Shown here one piece after another: positions 1 to 9,538 of a stretch of DNA of 58,018 bases. Made by a program: the position numbers and the translations under genes. This DNA is from Lacisediminihabitans sp. (GTDB lineage Bacteria; Actinomycetota; Actinomycetes; Actinomycetales; Microbacteriaceae): positions 1-58,018 of the forward strand of contig JANYGT010000122.1 in NCBI GenBank assembly GCA_025362355.1, given 5' to 3'. Under the pieces are notes generated by a model, which worked only from the letters and a program-made list of their open reading frames with translations, ran no database searches and was not told the DNA's origin. How positions within the stretch are numbered: position 1 is the first letter of the stretch; each line of letters starts with the position of its first letter.

Positions 1-134
1 CTGGGACATCGGTTGTTCCGTCGGATAGTGCGAAACGATTCCCGCTTGTTGTGACGCTTAGTTGGAACAAGGTCGAAAACTCACTCAGAGTCTCGAACGA
101 AGAAACTTGGGATGGCAATGATTTCTGTTCATAA
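1..134 (+). CDS. Partial (3' end) hypothetical protein, probably secreted partner of the downstream PKD-like gene
   Basis: Frame starting at nt 3 reads GTSVVPSDSAKRFPLVVTLSWNKVENSLRVSNEETWDGNDFCS*, stop TAA at 132-134. Not in the ORF track because the window edge truncates it. Confidence 0.55.
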   Translation, partial: GTSVVPSDSAKRFPLVVTLSWNKVENSLRVSNEETWDGNDFCS

Positions 135-948
135 GCGCTTCGCGTCGCTCATTGCTGGTGTCTTCTTGACTTCCTATCTCGTAGTAGGCGTCAATTTCGA
201 TGCCCAAGCGGCTTCCACAGGCTGCCGCCCGGGGGACTTTCGCGACGGCTCGTGCACCATTCCCACCTCCGCCGGCTCCATCAGGGGTGACGGCGTCGAG
301 CTGACGGCGGGCCGCACGACCCCGGGTACCACCCCCGGCGCGGGGGGAACGCGCGGCCCGTCGCGGTCCAACGGCGGCAGCACCATTCCCGTCCTCGCGA
401 CACCGGCGAAGCCGCAGGGGTCGATCGCCCCGCGCGACGGCTACACCGTGACGACCCTCGCGCATCCGATCACGCTGGCGGACCTCGTCAACTTCCGACC
501 GCAGGCCGGCGTCGACCGCATGGAACCGAACGGCTGGATGGTCGTCGGCCTCGACACCAATTTCTACGCCACCGTCTCGGCCCAGGTGCAGGAGGGACTG
601 CTGCTCGAGTTGCCGGCATCCGTTCGTTTCACTCCGAAGGGCTATCACTGGACCTACGGTGACGGCCACTCAGCCACACTCGCGTCGAAGGGTGCACCGT
701 GGGCCGCCCATGGTGTGCGGGAGTTCGACGCAACCGACACCAGCCACATCTATCGGAGCGCCGGAACGTACGCCATCGACCTCACGATCGACTTCGGCGC
801 CGAATACCAGTTCGCCGGGGGAGCATGGACGGCGATTCCGGGTACGCTCGCCGTCGCGGCGAATCGTCTCGTCGCCAACGCCGGAGATGCGAAAACCGTA
901 CTGGTCGAACGCGACTGCACCTCCAGGCCATCCGGCCCCGGCTGCTGA
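112..948 (+). CDS. Secreted hypothetical protein with PKD-like beta domain
   Basis: Signal peptide ending AQA-AS, Gly/Thr/Pro linker, PKD-like motifs YHWTYGDG and SHIYRSAGTYAIDLTI, C-terminal Cys pair (DCTSRPSGPGC). Confidence 0.7.
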   Translation: MAMISVHKRFASLIAGVFLTSYLVVGVNFDAQAASTGCRPGDFRDGSCTIPTSAGSIRGDGVELTAGRTTPGTTPGAGGTRGPSRSNGGSTIPVLATPAKPQGSIAPRDGYTVTTLAHPITLADLVNFRPQAGVDRMEPNGWMVVGLDTNFYATVSAQVQEGLLLELPASVRFTPKGYHWTYGDGHSATLASKGAPWAAHGVREFDATDTSHIYRSAGTYAIDLTIDFGAEYQFAGGAWTAIPGTLAVAANRLVANAGDAKTVLVERDCTSRPSGPGC

Positions 949-1065
949 TCGAGCGGGTCGGAAGAAACCACACCGTAGAGCCGAAGATCGGCCTGCTTTC
1001 AGCGCCTCCATATAGAGTGCACAGGTTCGAGATGGATGCTAGCAGCGCTTGGAAGGAGCAGCCCC

Positions 1066-2583
1066 ATGACCGACAGCCCCAACGACCACATTTCCGACCC
1101 AGCACGGCCAGAAGACTCCGCTTCCACGGGAGCTGCGCATGACGGAGCTGGAGCCGGGAATACCGCCGCCGATTCCACCGAGACCGCCCAGATCCACCCC
1201 GGACTCGACAACCCCGCTCCGGCAGCCGAGGCGACGCAGCCTTTTGCGGGCGAGCCGGTAGCCGCCGCGGCAGCAGAGCAGCCCGCTGCCTACGGCTCCA
1301 CGCCGATCGCTCCCGACCGCTCCTTTGCCGCAGATCCGGCTCGCGACGGATCCGGCGCGTTCACGAAGCGTTCGAGCAAGACACCGGTGGTCGTCGCGAT
1401 CGTCGTCGCCGCTCTCATCGGAGGAGTCTCCGGCGCCGGAGTCGCAGCTCTCGCGCTCTCCAACCAGAATCCCGCGGGCTCGACTGCCACGGCCGCAGCT
1501 CCCCAGAACGTCACGGTCAACGACACTTCGAAGGTCAACGTGATCACGGCCGTCGCAGCAAAGGCCGAACCGTCCGTTGTGACGATCGCTGTGACCGGAT
1601 CGTCCGAAGCGGGCACCGGCTCCGGCATCATCCTCAGCGCCGATGGGTATGTGCTCACCAACACCCACGTCGTGACCCTCGACGGCGGCACCTCGACCGG
1701 CAAGATTCAGGTGACCTCGTCAGACGGGCACCTCTACGACGCGACCGTCGTCGGAACCGACCCGATCGTCGACCTCGCCGTCATCAAATTGAAGAACGCC
1801 AGCGGCCTCCAGCCGGCCGAATTCTCCGACTCGAGCAAACTCAACGTCGGCGAGACGGCCATCGCGATCGGCGCACCGCTCGGCCTTTCGAACACGGTCA
1901 CCCAGGGAATCGTGAGCTCGCTCAACCGCAGCATCACGATCGCATCGTCCGCGGTGCCGAAATCCAGTTCGAGCGGCAACTCCGAGAACGGCCAGACCAG
2001 CCCCTACGATTTCTGGAACTTCAACAACGGCCAGGGCGGCTCACCCCAGTCCACCGCACCGACCGCGAGCGCGACGATCTCGCTTCCGGTCATCCAGACG
2101 GATGCCGCGATCAACCCCGGCAACTCCGGCGGCGCCCTGCTCGACTCCGATGGCAAGGTGATCGGCGTGAACGTGGCCATCGCGAGTGCCGGAAGTTCCG
2201 CGACGACCGGCGGCCAGTCCGGAAGCATCGGCGTCGGCTTCGCCGTGCCGTCGAACCTCGCCCAGCGCGTCTCGAGTGAGATCATCAAGAACGGCTCCGC
2301 AACGCACGGGCTGCTCGGAGCGAGTGTCGCGGATGTCGCCGCCACCGACTCGAGCGCCACGGTGGGAGCGACCGTGCAGGCCGTCTCCTCCGGTGGGGCA
2401 GCCGACAAGGCCGGACTCACCAAGGGCGACGTGATCACCAGCTTCAACGGTATTCCGGTCACGGGCAGCACCGACCTCACCGCGCAGGTTCGCTTCCTCC
2501 CGGCTGGGGCATCCAGCTCGCTGACCTACGTCAAGGGCGGCAAGACGTTCACCGCTGATGTGACGCTCGGCACGCTCAAGTAG
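1066..2583 (+). CDS. htrA: HtrA/DegP-family membrane-anchored serine protease (trypsin + PDZ)
   Basis: TM helix, catalytic motifs LTNTHV, DLAVIK and QTDAAINPGNSGG, C-terminal PDZ. SD GGAAGGAG before ATG 1066. Confidence 0.93.
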   Translation: MTDSPNDHISDPARPEDSASTGAAHDGAGAGNTAADSTETAQIHPGLDNPAPAAEATQPFAGEPVAAAAAEQPAAYGSTPIAPDRSFAADPARDGSGAFTKRSSKTPVVVAIVVAALIGGVSGAGVAALALSNQNPAGSTATAAAPQNVTVNDTSKVNVITAVAAKAEPSVVTIAVTGSSEAGTGSGIILSADGYVLTNTHVVTLDGGTSTGKIQVTSSDGHLYDATVVGTDPIVDLAVIKLKNASGLQPAEFSDSSKLNVGETAIAIGAPLGLSNTVTQGIVSSLNRSITIASSAVPKSSSSGNSENGQTSPYDFWNFNNGQGGSPQSTAPTASATISLPVIQTDAAINPGNSGGALLDSDGKVIGVNVAIASAGSSATTGGQSGSIGVGFAVPSNLAQRVSSEIIKNGSATHGLLGASVADVAATDSSATVGATVQAVSSGGAADKAGLTKGDVITSFNGIPVTGSTDLTAQVRFLPAGASSSLTYVKGGKTFTADVTLGTLK

Positions 2584-2603
2584 GGCACACCCGGCTCCTT
2601 CTA

Positions 2604-2644
2604 GAACAGGCACGGCCCCCGGACGACGGGTGCCGTGCCTGTTC
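2604..2644 (+). terminator. Intrinsic terminator-like hairpin after htrA
   Basis: Perfect 13-bp inverted repeat GAACAGGCACGGC / GCCGTGCCTGTTC about 20 nt after the stop. Confidence 0.7.
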
Positions 2645-2690
2645 CATGTCGGCTGATAGAGTCGAGCGTCTGACGACCTGAAGACACCGA

Positions 2691-3758
2691 ATGCACGCAT
2701 TGGACGCCATGGCCACGACGGCAGCATCCCTCCCGGGGGTGTCCTACGTGATCCCCGTGCTCAACGAGGCTGCGTATATCGGCACGGCGATTCGAACGGT
2801 TCTCGAGCAGGATTACGCGGGGGCGAAAGAACTCATCCTCGCCCTCGGCCCGTCGACGGATCGCACCGACGAGGTGGTCGCCGAGTTCGCGGATAAGGAC
2901 GCTCGCATCATCGTCGTACGCAATCCGGAGACCGATATCCCGGTCGGTTTGAACATCGCCATCCGGGTCAGCCGGCATCCGATCATCGTGCGGGTCGACG
3001 CGCATTCCGAACTCGAACCGAGCTACACCAAGAGGGCTATCGCCGTACTCGACCGAACGGGCGCGGCCAATGTCGGGGGCGTGATGAAGGCGCGGGGTAA
3101 GACTCCGTTCCAGTCCGCGGTCGCCCGCGCATACAACAGTCGGTTCGGACTCGGCGGCGGAAGTTACCACGGCGGGGCCGATGAAGGACCCGCCGAGTCG
3201 GCATACCTCGGTGTCTTCCGTCGAGAAGTGCTCGACGAGGTCGGCCTCTACGACGAGACCATCCGTCGGGGCGAGGACTGGGAGCTGAACCTCCGCATCC
3301 GGGGTGCCGGCCACGCGGTCTGGTTCGACCCGACTCTCGAAGTGACCTATTGGCCGCGGGAGAGCTGGACGAAGCTGGTACGGCAATTCTGCGCGACAGG
3401 AATCTGGCGCGGTGAACTCGTGCGTCGTTACCGTGGACGCAATCCGTGGCGGTTCTTCGTCCCGCCGGCCCTGGTTCTTGCGCTCGTACTCAGCGTCGTA
3501 CTCGGCGTACTGCAGCTCACCGAAGTGATTCGCGGCTGGCCGAGTGCTGTGTCGTCGCTCATCTACCTCGCGCCGCTCGCCTATATCGCGCTTCTGGTGC
3601 TCCTGAGTTTCACCCGGGGCGGTGGGCCGACCTGGAGCGATCGCTGGCGGTTCTTCTATGTGCTTCCCACCATGCACGTCAGTTGGGGGGCCGGTTTCAT
3701 CCTCGGTGTCTCACGCGGTGCGAAAGATGCCGTCGACACCTCCCGCACCGGCATCTGA
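2691..3758 (+). CDS. Glycosyltransferase family 2 (ExoA-like)
   Basis: VSYVIPVLNE start, RVDAH DxD-like motif, GEDWELNLR, C-terminal TM helices. Confidence 0.88.
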   Translation: MHALDAMATTAASLPGVSYVIPVLNEAAYIGTAIRTVLEQDYAGAKELILALGPSTDRTDEVVAEFADKDARIIVVRNPETDIPVGLNIAIRVSRHPIIVRVDAHSELEPSYTKRAIAVLDRTGAANVGGVMKARGKTPFQSAVARAYNSRFGLGGGSYHGGADEGPAESAYLGVFRREVLDEVGLYDETIRRGEDWELNLRIRGAGHAVWFDPTLEVTYWPRESWTKLVRQFCATGIWRGELVRRYRGRNPWRFFVPPALVLALVLSVVLGVLQLTEVIRGWPSAVSSLIYLAPLAYIALLVLLSFTRGGGPTWSDRWRFFYVLPTMHVSWGAGFILGVSRGAKDAVDTSRTGI

Positions 3759-3778
3759 CCGGGTCGGGCCAGCCGGGC

Positions 3779-5275
3779 TCAGCCGATGTAGCCCTCGGCG
3801 AGCAGGCGCACGACCACGCGTTCGGCAGCGCGTCCGTCATCTCTCGGGTTGAAGCGCGAGCGCCACGCTGCATAACGGGCAGCGAAGCCGGGTGCGATCT
3901 CCGAGCGCTGTCGGACGAGGACCACGAGTTCTTCGAGTGTCGAGACCACCGGCCCGGGTGCCACGGCGATCAGATCGAAGTAGAAGCCGCGCAGCACCTC
4001 GCGGTAGTGCTCGAGGTCCGGGGTGAAGAAGAACAGTGGTTTGCCCGTGACTGTGAAATCGAACATCACCGACGAGTAGTCGGTCACGAGCGCGTCGGCA
4101 ACGAGGAAGAGCTGAGAGATGTCGGGATAGCCCGTGACGTCGATCACGCCGGCTGCCCGCACATTCTCGCCGGGCAGGAGTGTGCGGGAGTGACCGCGGA
4201 TGAGGGTGACGTACTCCGGTCCTAGTTCTTCGGCGAAGCGGGCGACGTCGAGGTGGTCCACCTGGTCGGGGTGATCATCACGCCAGGTCGGGGCGTAGAG
4301 CAGCACCGTCACGCCATCCGGGATGCCCAGGCGATGCCGAACAGCGGCCGGGTCGCCCGTCAGCAGCACGTCATCGCGCGGATAGCCGTCTTCCCAGACC
4401 TGTCCGAGATATCCATACGCTCGACGGAATACTTTGCGTGAGTAGTCATTCTGGGCAAGCAGGATGTTCCAGCGCCGACTCTCGCGAAGAGTCGCGACGG
4501 CTGACCTGACACCCTGTCGGCGACGGCTGAGGGCGAGTCGCTTCAGCATCGTGCCGTGCCAGGTCTGCAGAACGGTCTGATAACTCCGCTTCGCATAGCG
4601 CTTGCGCAGCCAGTCATTGACGACGATCAGACGGGCGGACCCGCGGATACGCCACCACTCAGCGCTCCCCTCCATGATCGCGATGGCGCCCGGCGGCACC
4701 TCGACCGAAGCGTCCGCCACACTCCAATAGCGCTGGATGTCGGGCCGCTGCTCGGCAAGCGCACGGTCGATGGCGAGCGGGTTGCATGAGGCGTTCCGCC
4801 CGAAGAAGCTCTCGAAGAACACGGCGTCGAGAGGCTCGTAGTCCGTAGAGCGGTAGTCGGCCTCGAGGGCTGCCTGCTGCAGCGGGCCGCGCTCGCGGTC
4901 GAGGAGGGGAGACGCGAGACGAGCGATGAGCGAGTGACCGTCTCTCACGAACGTTATCCGCGTCACGCCGGTGATGAGCTGCGAGGCCGGCAGCACGGTG
5001 TGCTCGTCGACCATCGCGGAGCCGACGTAGCGTCCCGACCGCGGGGGGAGCAGCGGGCCGCGCCAGTGCGATGAGAGAAGTGGGAGGGTCACCGACCAGC
5101 GCGCGCCGTCGGCGACAGGCTGCGCGGCGAGTCGCTCGCGCGATCCGGTGAACCCGACCTCGCTCGGCAGGGGGCCGACGAAGGTGCCCCCGAGCAGTAT
5201 CGATGGGCCGGCTGCATCCACCTCGACGGAATCGATGACGAGACTCGACCCGGTCGCCGTCGCTTCGCTCGTCAT
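3779..5275 (-). CDS. CDP-glycerol glycerophosphotransferase family (TagF-like)
   Basis: Motifs FFESF, LQTWHGT, GYPRDD, LYAPTWRD, LVTDYSSVMFDF. Confidence 0.92.
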   Translation of the reverse strand: MTSEATATGSSLVIDSVEVDAAGPSILLGGTFVGPLPSEVGFTGSRERLAAQPVADGARWSVTLPLLSSHWRGPLLPPRSGRYVGSAMVDEHTVLPASQLITGVTRITFVRDGHSLIARLASPLLDRERGPLQQAALEADYRSTDYEPLDAVFFESFFGRNASCNPLAIDRALAEQRPDIQRYWSVADASVEVPPGAIAIMEGSAEWWRIRGSARLIVVNDWLRKRYAKRSYQTVLQTWHGTMLKRLALSRRRQGVRSAVATLRESRRWNILLAQNDYSRKVFRRAYGYLGQVWEDGYPRDDVLLTGDPAAVRHRLGIPDGVTVLLYAPTWRDDHPDQVDHLDVARFAEELGPEYVTLIRGHSRTLLPGENVRAAGVIDVTGYPDISQLFLVADALVTDYSSVMFDFTVTGKPLFFFTPDLEHYREVLRGFYFDLIAVAPGPVVSTLEELVVLVRQRSEIAPGFAARYAAWRSRFNPRDDGRAAERVVVRLLAEGYIG

Positions 5276-6516
5276 CGTGCATCCAGTCTGTCGCAGATCG
5301 CGGAGAACACTCGCGCGGTATTCCGGCCGTCGTGAAACGCGAAGTGCCGGTCTCGCAGGGCCACGGTGTGACGGCGGACGTCGGCAGCGAAGTCGTCGTC
5401 GTCGTCGTACCGGGCGAGTTGGGCGAGCAGCGCGGTCCAGCTGCGAACCTCGCGCCCCCCGCTGAATTCGCGATACGGCTCATAGAGCCCGCGCGACCAG
5501 GTGTACGACTCCTCGTCGGGAGCGAGGAAGAACACCGGGCCGCCGACGAGAGAGAAGTCGAAGGCGACCGAGGAGTAATCCGTCACCAGCACCTCGAAGG
5601 TCGGCAGTAGTGGGGTGATCTCGGTGGCGAGATCGGCTGAGAGCAGTCGGATGCGCGGCGAGACGGCGGTGCCGACACGATACTCCCCGATGCCGAGGGG
5701 ATGCGGGCGGATGACGAGGAGCGAATCGGTCGCGTCAAGCCACGACGCGATCGATGCCCACTCCGCTTCGGACGGTATGCCCGGGTCGGTCTCGCCATCG
5801 CGCCAGGTGGGAGCGAGCAGGATCGCGCGTCGGCCATCGTCGACCAGCGCGAGGGCCGCGAAGACCGTCGCCCTCGCCGTCTGCGCGCGCTCCTGCGGCG
5901 TGCCGATCGAGAGGGGATCGTCGCGCGGATCCCCCGTCACCACCACCTCGTCGGACAGTCCGAACGCGGTGCGCAGCCGGGCGGCGACGAGTTCCGATGC
6001 CGCCGGCAGCAGCCGTATCGCGGAGTATCCCCGCCGGTAGAACCGGCGGAGCACACCGCGGAGTCGGTTCTCGCCGGGGATGCCGAGGCGCATCGTCGCC
6101 GCAGAGTCGAGTTGGATCAGCTTGAGCGGAATCCCATGCCAGAGCTGCACCACGAACGCCGACCGGGTGCCGTAGCGGTTGACATCGCCGAACCCGTGGG
6201 TGATGACGACCACGCGGGCGCGCAGCGTGCGCCACAGCCCGGAAGCGCTCGTCTTCAGGATCGCCGGCACGCCGATCGCCGCTGCGGCAGCGACATCCTT
6301 CTCGTCCCTCGCGAGCCAGGCGACGCGGCATTCCGGATGATTCGCGCTCACGAATCGATAGAGCTCGAGTGCCCCCTCGCCGATGCCGGGCCCGGATCCG
6401 AAGACCCACTGGTCTCGCGAGCGTGGCACGACGAGACTCGCTGCGGCCCCCAGCGCGTACAGCGGAAGCGAGAGCAGCTTCCTCGCATTGCCCTTCGCAA
6501 AAGTGAACCCGGGCAC
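5272..6516 (-). CDS. CDP-glycerol glycerophosphotransferase family (TagB/TagF-like)
   Basis: Motifs VQLWHGIPLK, TGDPRDD, LAPTWRD, RPHP, VTDYSSVAFDF. 4-nt overlap with the next gene. Confidence 0.9.
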   Translation of the reverse strand: MPGFTFAKGNARKLLSLPLYALGAAASLVVPRSRDQWVFGSGPGIGEGALELYRFVSANHPECRVAWLARDEKDVAAAAAIGVPAILKTSASGLWRTLRARVVVITHGFGDVNRYGTRSAFVVQLWHGIPLKLIQLDSAATMRLGIPGENRLRGVLRRFYRRGYSAIRLLPAASELVAARLRTAFGLSDEVVVTGDPRDDPLSIGTPQERAQTARATVFAALALVDDGRRAILLAPTWRDGETDPGIPSEAEWASIASWLDATDSLLVIRPHPLGIGEYRVGTAVSPRIRLLSADLATEITPLLPTFEVLVTDYSSVAFDFSLVGGPVFFLAPDEESYTWSRGLYEPYREFSGGREVRSWTALLAQLARYDDDDDFAADVRRHTVALRDRHFAFHDGRNTARVFSAICDRLDAR

Positions 6517-6600
6517 GACTGGAGCCTAGCAGTCGGCACAGGTCGAGCCTCATCTCCGGGCGGGCGCCCCGCTCAGTTCGTGGGTCTCGCGCGGCCAGGT

Positions 6601-6900
6601 CTAGAAACTCACCCGCCAGAGATACTCCTCACCGCCCGGGCGAAACCAGCGCACCACGAGCACGGTGCTGCGCGCCAGATCGCGGGCCGAGATGAGCACC
6701 TCGAGGGTGTCGCCCGGGTCGAGCGACGATGGCGCGCTGGCCGGCATGACGCCGGCGCCGAGGAGGCTGAGGCTGACGCCATCCACTCGCTCGGGCCCGG
6801 TATTCCGCAACAGGTAGCGGCGCGGGCCGGCATCCCGTTCGATCTCGAACGGCACGGGATAGGCGGCGGGGTCGGGCAGGGCGGAGCGTGGACCGGTCAT
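6601..6900 (-). CDS. Small hypothetical protein (beta-rich)
   Basis: 99-aa ORF with plausible composition, ending VVRWFRPGGEEYLWRVSF. TAGCGT -10-like element just upstream of the ATG. Confidence 0.65.
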   Translation of the reverse strand: MTGPRSALPDPAAYPVPFEIERDAGPRRYLLRNTGPERVDGVSLSLLGAGVMPASAPSSLDPGDTLEVLISARDLARSTVLVVRWFRPGGEEYLWRVSF

Positions 6901-7012
6901 CTGCGCACGCTATCCACGACATCCGACCGTAAAACCACCATTCCGGGGAATCAGTGCCGAGCTGTGCGATCGGCGGGGATTTCGGCGCGGTGGGGGAGTA
7001 CAGGAGCGGGAG

Positions 7013-7885
7013 CTACCGGCCGGCGGCCGAGGGCGGTTCAGGCTGCTCTGACGCCTCACTGGGGTCTTTGGCACGGCGGGAGTTTCGTAGCGGAAGGATG
7101 CCGCGAGCCCGAGCACCGATCGCCCGCCCCGCGTCGCCGACCCTGGTCGCCAGTTGTTGCGGTGCTGAATCGCCCGCGCTGCGGAATCCCGGCTCGAGCA
7201 CCAGCGGGAAGAATTGCGGAGCCGGTCCGAAGGCCCCACGCGAACTCGTGACGACCCGGCGGCCGAGCATGTGGTTTCCGGTTCCGCCGATGACCGCTCC
7301 GATGCCGAACGGCAGTGCACGGCCCACGACGTTCGCCCCCTGGCTTGTCGCGAAACGACGGACGAACGTGTGTTGGATGCGGGAGGTCACCTGGTTGAGC
7401 GCCGCCTCGGGAAGGCTCTTGGTGACGAGTTCTCCCCAGAACTTCGGCCGGGTCTTGCCCTTGCCCGTCGCCTGCCCGGCCAGTTGCTTGATCAGGTCGG
7501 AGCCCGCGGTTCCGAGCATCATCGTCATCACGAGCGTTCTGGCGCGTTCCGGATCTTCGACCGCGATCCCGTGCACCTCGGTGACGGACTGCGCGAAGAG
7601 GGCGCTCGCCTCCAGAAAACCCGCGGTCTCGACCGCCGAGAGAGCGAGCGAGATGCCGACCCCGACAGCGGGGATGACGGCGCTCGCTCCCACGGCCGCT
7701 CCTCCGGAGGTGACCGCGGCGAGATAGCGCCGCTCGAGGATCGCGACGACCTGGGTCGGAGTCGCGTTCGGATTACGGCGGCGGATGGCGCGGATGTGGG
7801 CGAGCACCACCGGACGCTGCACCGACAGCAGCCGGTCGAGACCCTTCTCGACCTGCGCCTGGCGACCGCTCGGCACGATGCTCAC
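7013..7885 (-). CDS. Conserved hypothetical protein (EcsC-like glycine-rich helices)
   Basis: YLAAVTSGGAAVGASAVIPAVG and LPFGIGAVIGGTGN segments. GTG start overlaps the wzt stop. Confidence 0.7.
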   Translation of the reverse strand: MSIVPSGRQAQVEKGLDRLLSVQRPVVLAHIRAIRRRNPNATPTQVVAILERRYLAAVTSGGAAVGASAVIPAVGVGISLALSAVETAGFLEASALFAQSVTEVHGIAVEDPERARTLVMTMMLGTAGSDLIKQLAGQATGKGKTRPKFWGELVTKSLPEAALNQVTSRIQHTFVRRFATSQGANVVGRALPFGIGAVIGGTGNHMLGRRVVTSSRGAFGPAPQFFPLVLEPGFRSAGDSAPQQLATRVGDAGRAIGARARGILPLRNSRRAKDPSEASEQPEPPSAAGR

Positions 7886-8652
7886 TTCTTCACTCCGTAG
7901 TCGTCGTTGTAGCGGTTCAACACTTCCTCGATGGGGGCATCGAGAACGAGCGCACCCTTGTCGAGGTAGAGGCCACGCGTGCAGAAACGCCGGAGATCTT
8001 TTTCACTGTGGGACACGAAGAACAACGTACGCCCACCGGCCAAGAGCTCCTCGATCCGTGCGTAACACTTCTCGCGGAACGCCTTGTCACCCACCGCGAG
8101 CACCTCGTCGACGAGGAGGATGGGCTCCTCGAGTCGCGAGATCACCGCGAAGGCGATGCGTACTTTCATCCCACTTGACAGATGCTTGTACGGGGTGTCG
8201 AGAAAGTCCCCGATGCCGGCGAAATCGATGATCTCGTCGAACTGGGCATCGATCTCCGCACGCTTCATCCCGTGCAGTCCAGCGGTGAGGTAGATATTGT
8301 CGCGAACGGAGAGATCATCGACGAATCCGCCGGTGATCTCGATCAGGGGAGCTACGCCGGCACCGACATTCACTCGGCCCTCGTCGGGATAGACGACCTC
8401 GGCGACGAGCTTCAGAAGCGTCGATTTCCCCTGGCCGTTGCGGCCGACGACCCCGATCGCCTCACCGGGTGCGACGCTGAAACTGACGTGTCGAAGCGGC
8501 CAGAATTCGTCTGGTCGGTTACGGCGCTGAGATCCGGCGAAGAGGTCTTTGAAATTGCGCCTCGAGAGCCGGTTGCGTTTGTATCGGATGCCGGCATCCC
8601 GCACCTCGATCACCGGTTTCGTCACGGTGCGGGCGATCACGGTCTCGCTCAT
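7882..8652 (-). CDS. Polysaccharide/teichoic acid ABC exporter ATP-binding subunit (Wzt/TagH-like)
   Basis: Walker A GRNGQGKST, LSSGMKVRIAF, Walker B LLVDEVLAVGD, VSH. Start MSETV coupled to the upstream stop (TGATG). Confidence 0.92.
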   Translation of the reverse strand: MSETVIARTVTKPVIEVRDAGIRYKRNRLSRRNFKDLFAGSQRRNRPDEFWPLRHVSFSVAPGEAIGVVGRNGQGKSTLLKLVAEVVYPDEGRVNVGAGVAPLIEITGGFVDDLSVRDNIYLTAGLHGMKRAEIDAQFDEIIDFAGIGDFLDTPYKHLSSGMKVRIAFAVISRLEEPILLVDEVLAVGDKAFREKCYARIEELLAGGRTLFFVSHSEKDLRRFCTRGLYLDKGALVLDAPIEEVLNRYNDDYGVKK

Positions 8653-9473
8653 CAGATTTCCTTCAGGACCGTCTTGATGGTTCGGCGGAAGACCAGCATC
8701 CCGATACCGAGGATGAGAAGGGAGAGCACGGCGGAAATACCGACGGACGGCCAACTGAGTTCGCTCGGAAAGAACGACGACCGATAGAGGGAGAAAATCC
8801 CGGTGAGCGGATTGAAGTCAGCGAGGACACGCAGCGCGCGATGCCCTTCGAGCTCGCTTACTCCGTACACGAGGGGTGAGGCGTAGAACAACAGCCTCAG
8901 AATCAGCTTGATCGCCCGTTCCAGATCTCGGAAGAAGACCACTAGCGGCGCGACGATGAGCCCGATCCCGGTGATCAGGACCGCTTCGATCGCGATCGCG
9001 AGGATCGAATAGAAGGCATCCCATCCGAGATGAGCCGGAGTTTTCGTCGCCAGCGTCGTCAGCACGAAGATCGCGATCACCGGAATGCTGGCGATGAATT
9101 CGATGCCTTTCGAGAGCACGATCCTCATCACCCAGATCGATCGCGGGATCTTGGTCGAGCGGATCAGCTTCGACTCACGGAGGAACGCTCGCGTCATGTC
9201 GCCGATGGCGCCGCTGAACCACATCCAGGGAAGCAACCCGGTCAGGAGGAAGATGATGTACGGCTGATTGATGGAACCGCCGCGATTGAAGATCACCACG
9301 AATACCAGGAAGTAGATGCCCGACATCAGGAGGGGATCGATGATCGACCAGAGATATCCGAGCGCCGATGTCGAGTACCGGACCTTGAGATCCCGCACCG
9401 TGAGCAGCCACAGCGAGTGGCGGTAGCGCTCGAACGGCGACTTTGCCACCCGAGTTTCGAGAACTGCACTCAC
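8652..9473 (-). CDS. ABC-2 exporter permease (Wzm/TagG-like)
   Basis: RDLKVRYSTSALGYLWSIIDPL motif, six TM segments, FNPL motif. Confidence 0.92.
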   Translation of the reverse strand: MSAVLETRVAKSPFERYRHSLWLLTVRDLKVRYSTSALGYLWSIIDPLLMSGIYFLVFVVIFNRGGSINQPYIIFLLTGLLPWMWFSGAIGDMTRAFLRESKLIRSTKIPRSIWVMRIVLSKGIEFIASIPVIAIFVLTTLATKTPAHLGWDAFYSILAIAIEAVLITGIGLIVAPLVVFFRDLERAIKLILRLLFYASPLVYGVSELEGHRALRVLADFNPLTGIFSLYRSSFFPSELSWPSVGISAVLSLLILGIGMLVFRRTIKTVLKEI

Positions 9474-9538
9474 CCGCTAGTGATCCTTTGAGTCACGCAC
9501 CCCGGCGACCGCGCAGGGAATATGCTCCAGGAGCAGAT

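Noticed and set aside
995-1026. Possible MprA-like 11-nt-spaced hexamers (TTTCAG/CCATAT/GCACAG) upstream of htrA
   Set aside because: Too degenerate to distinguish from chance without a PWM.
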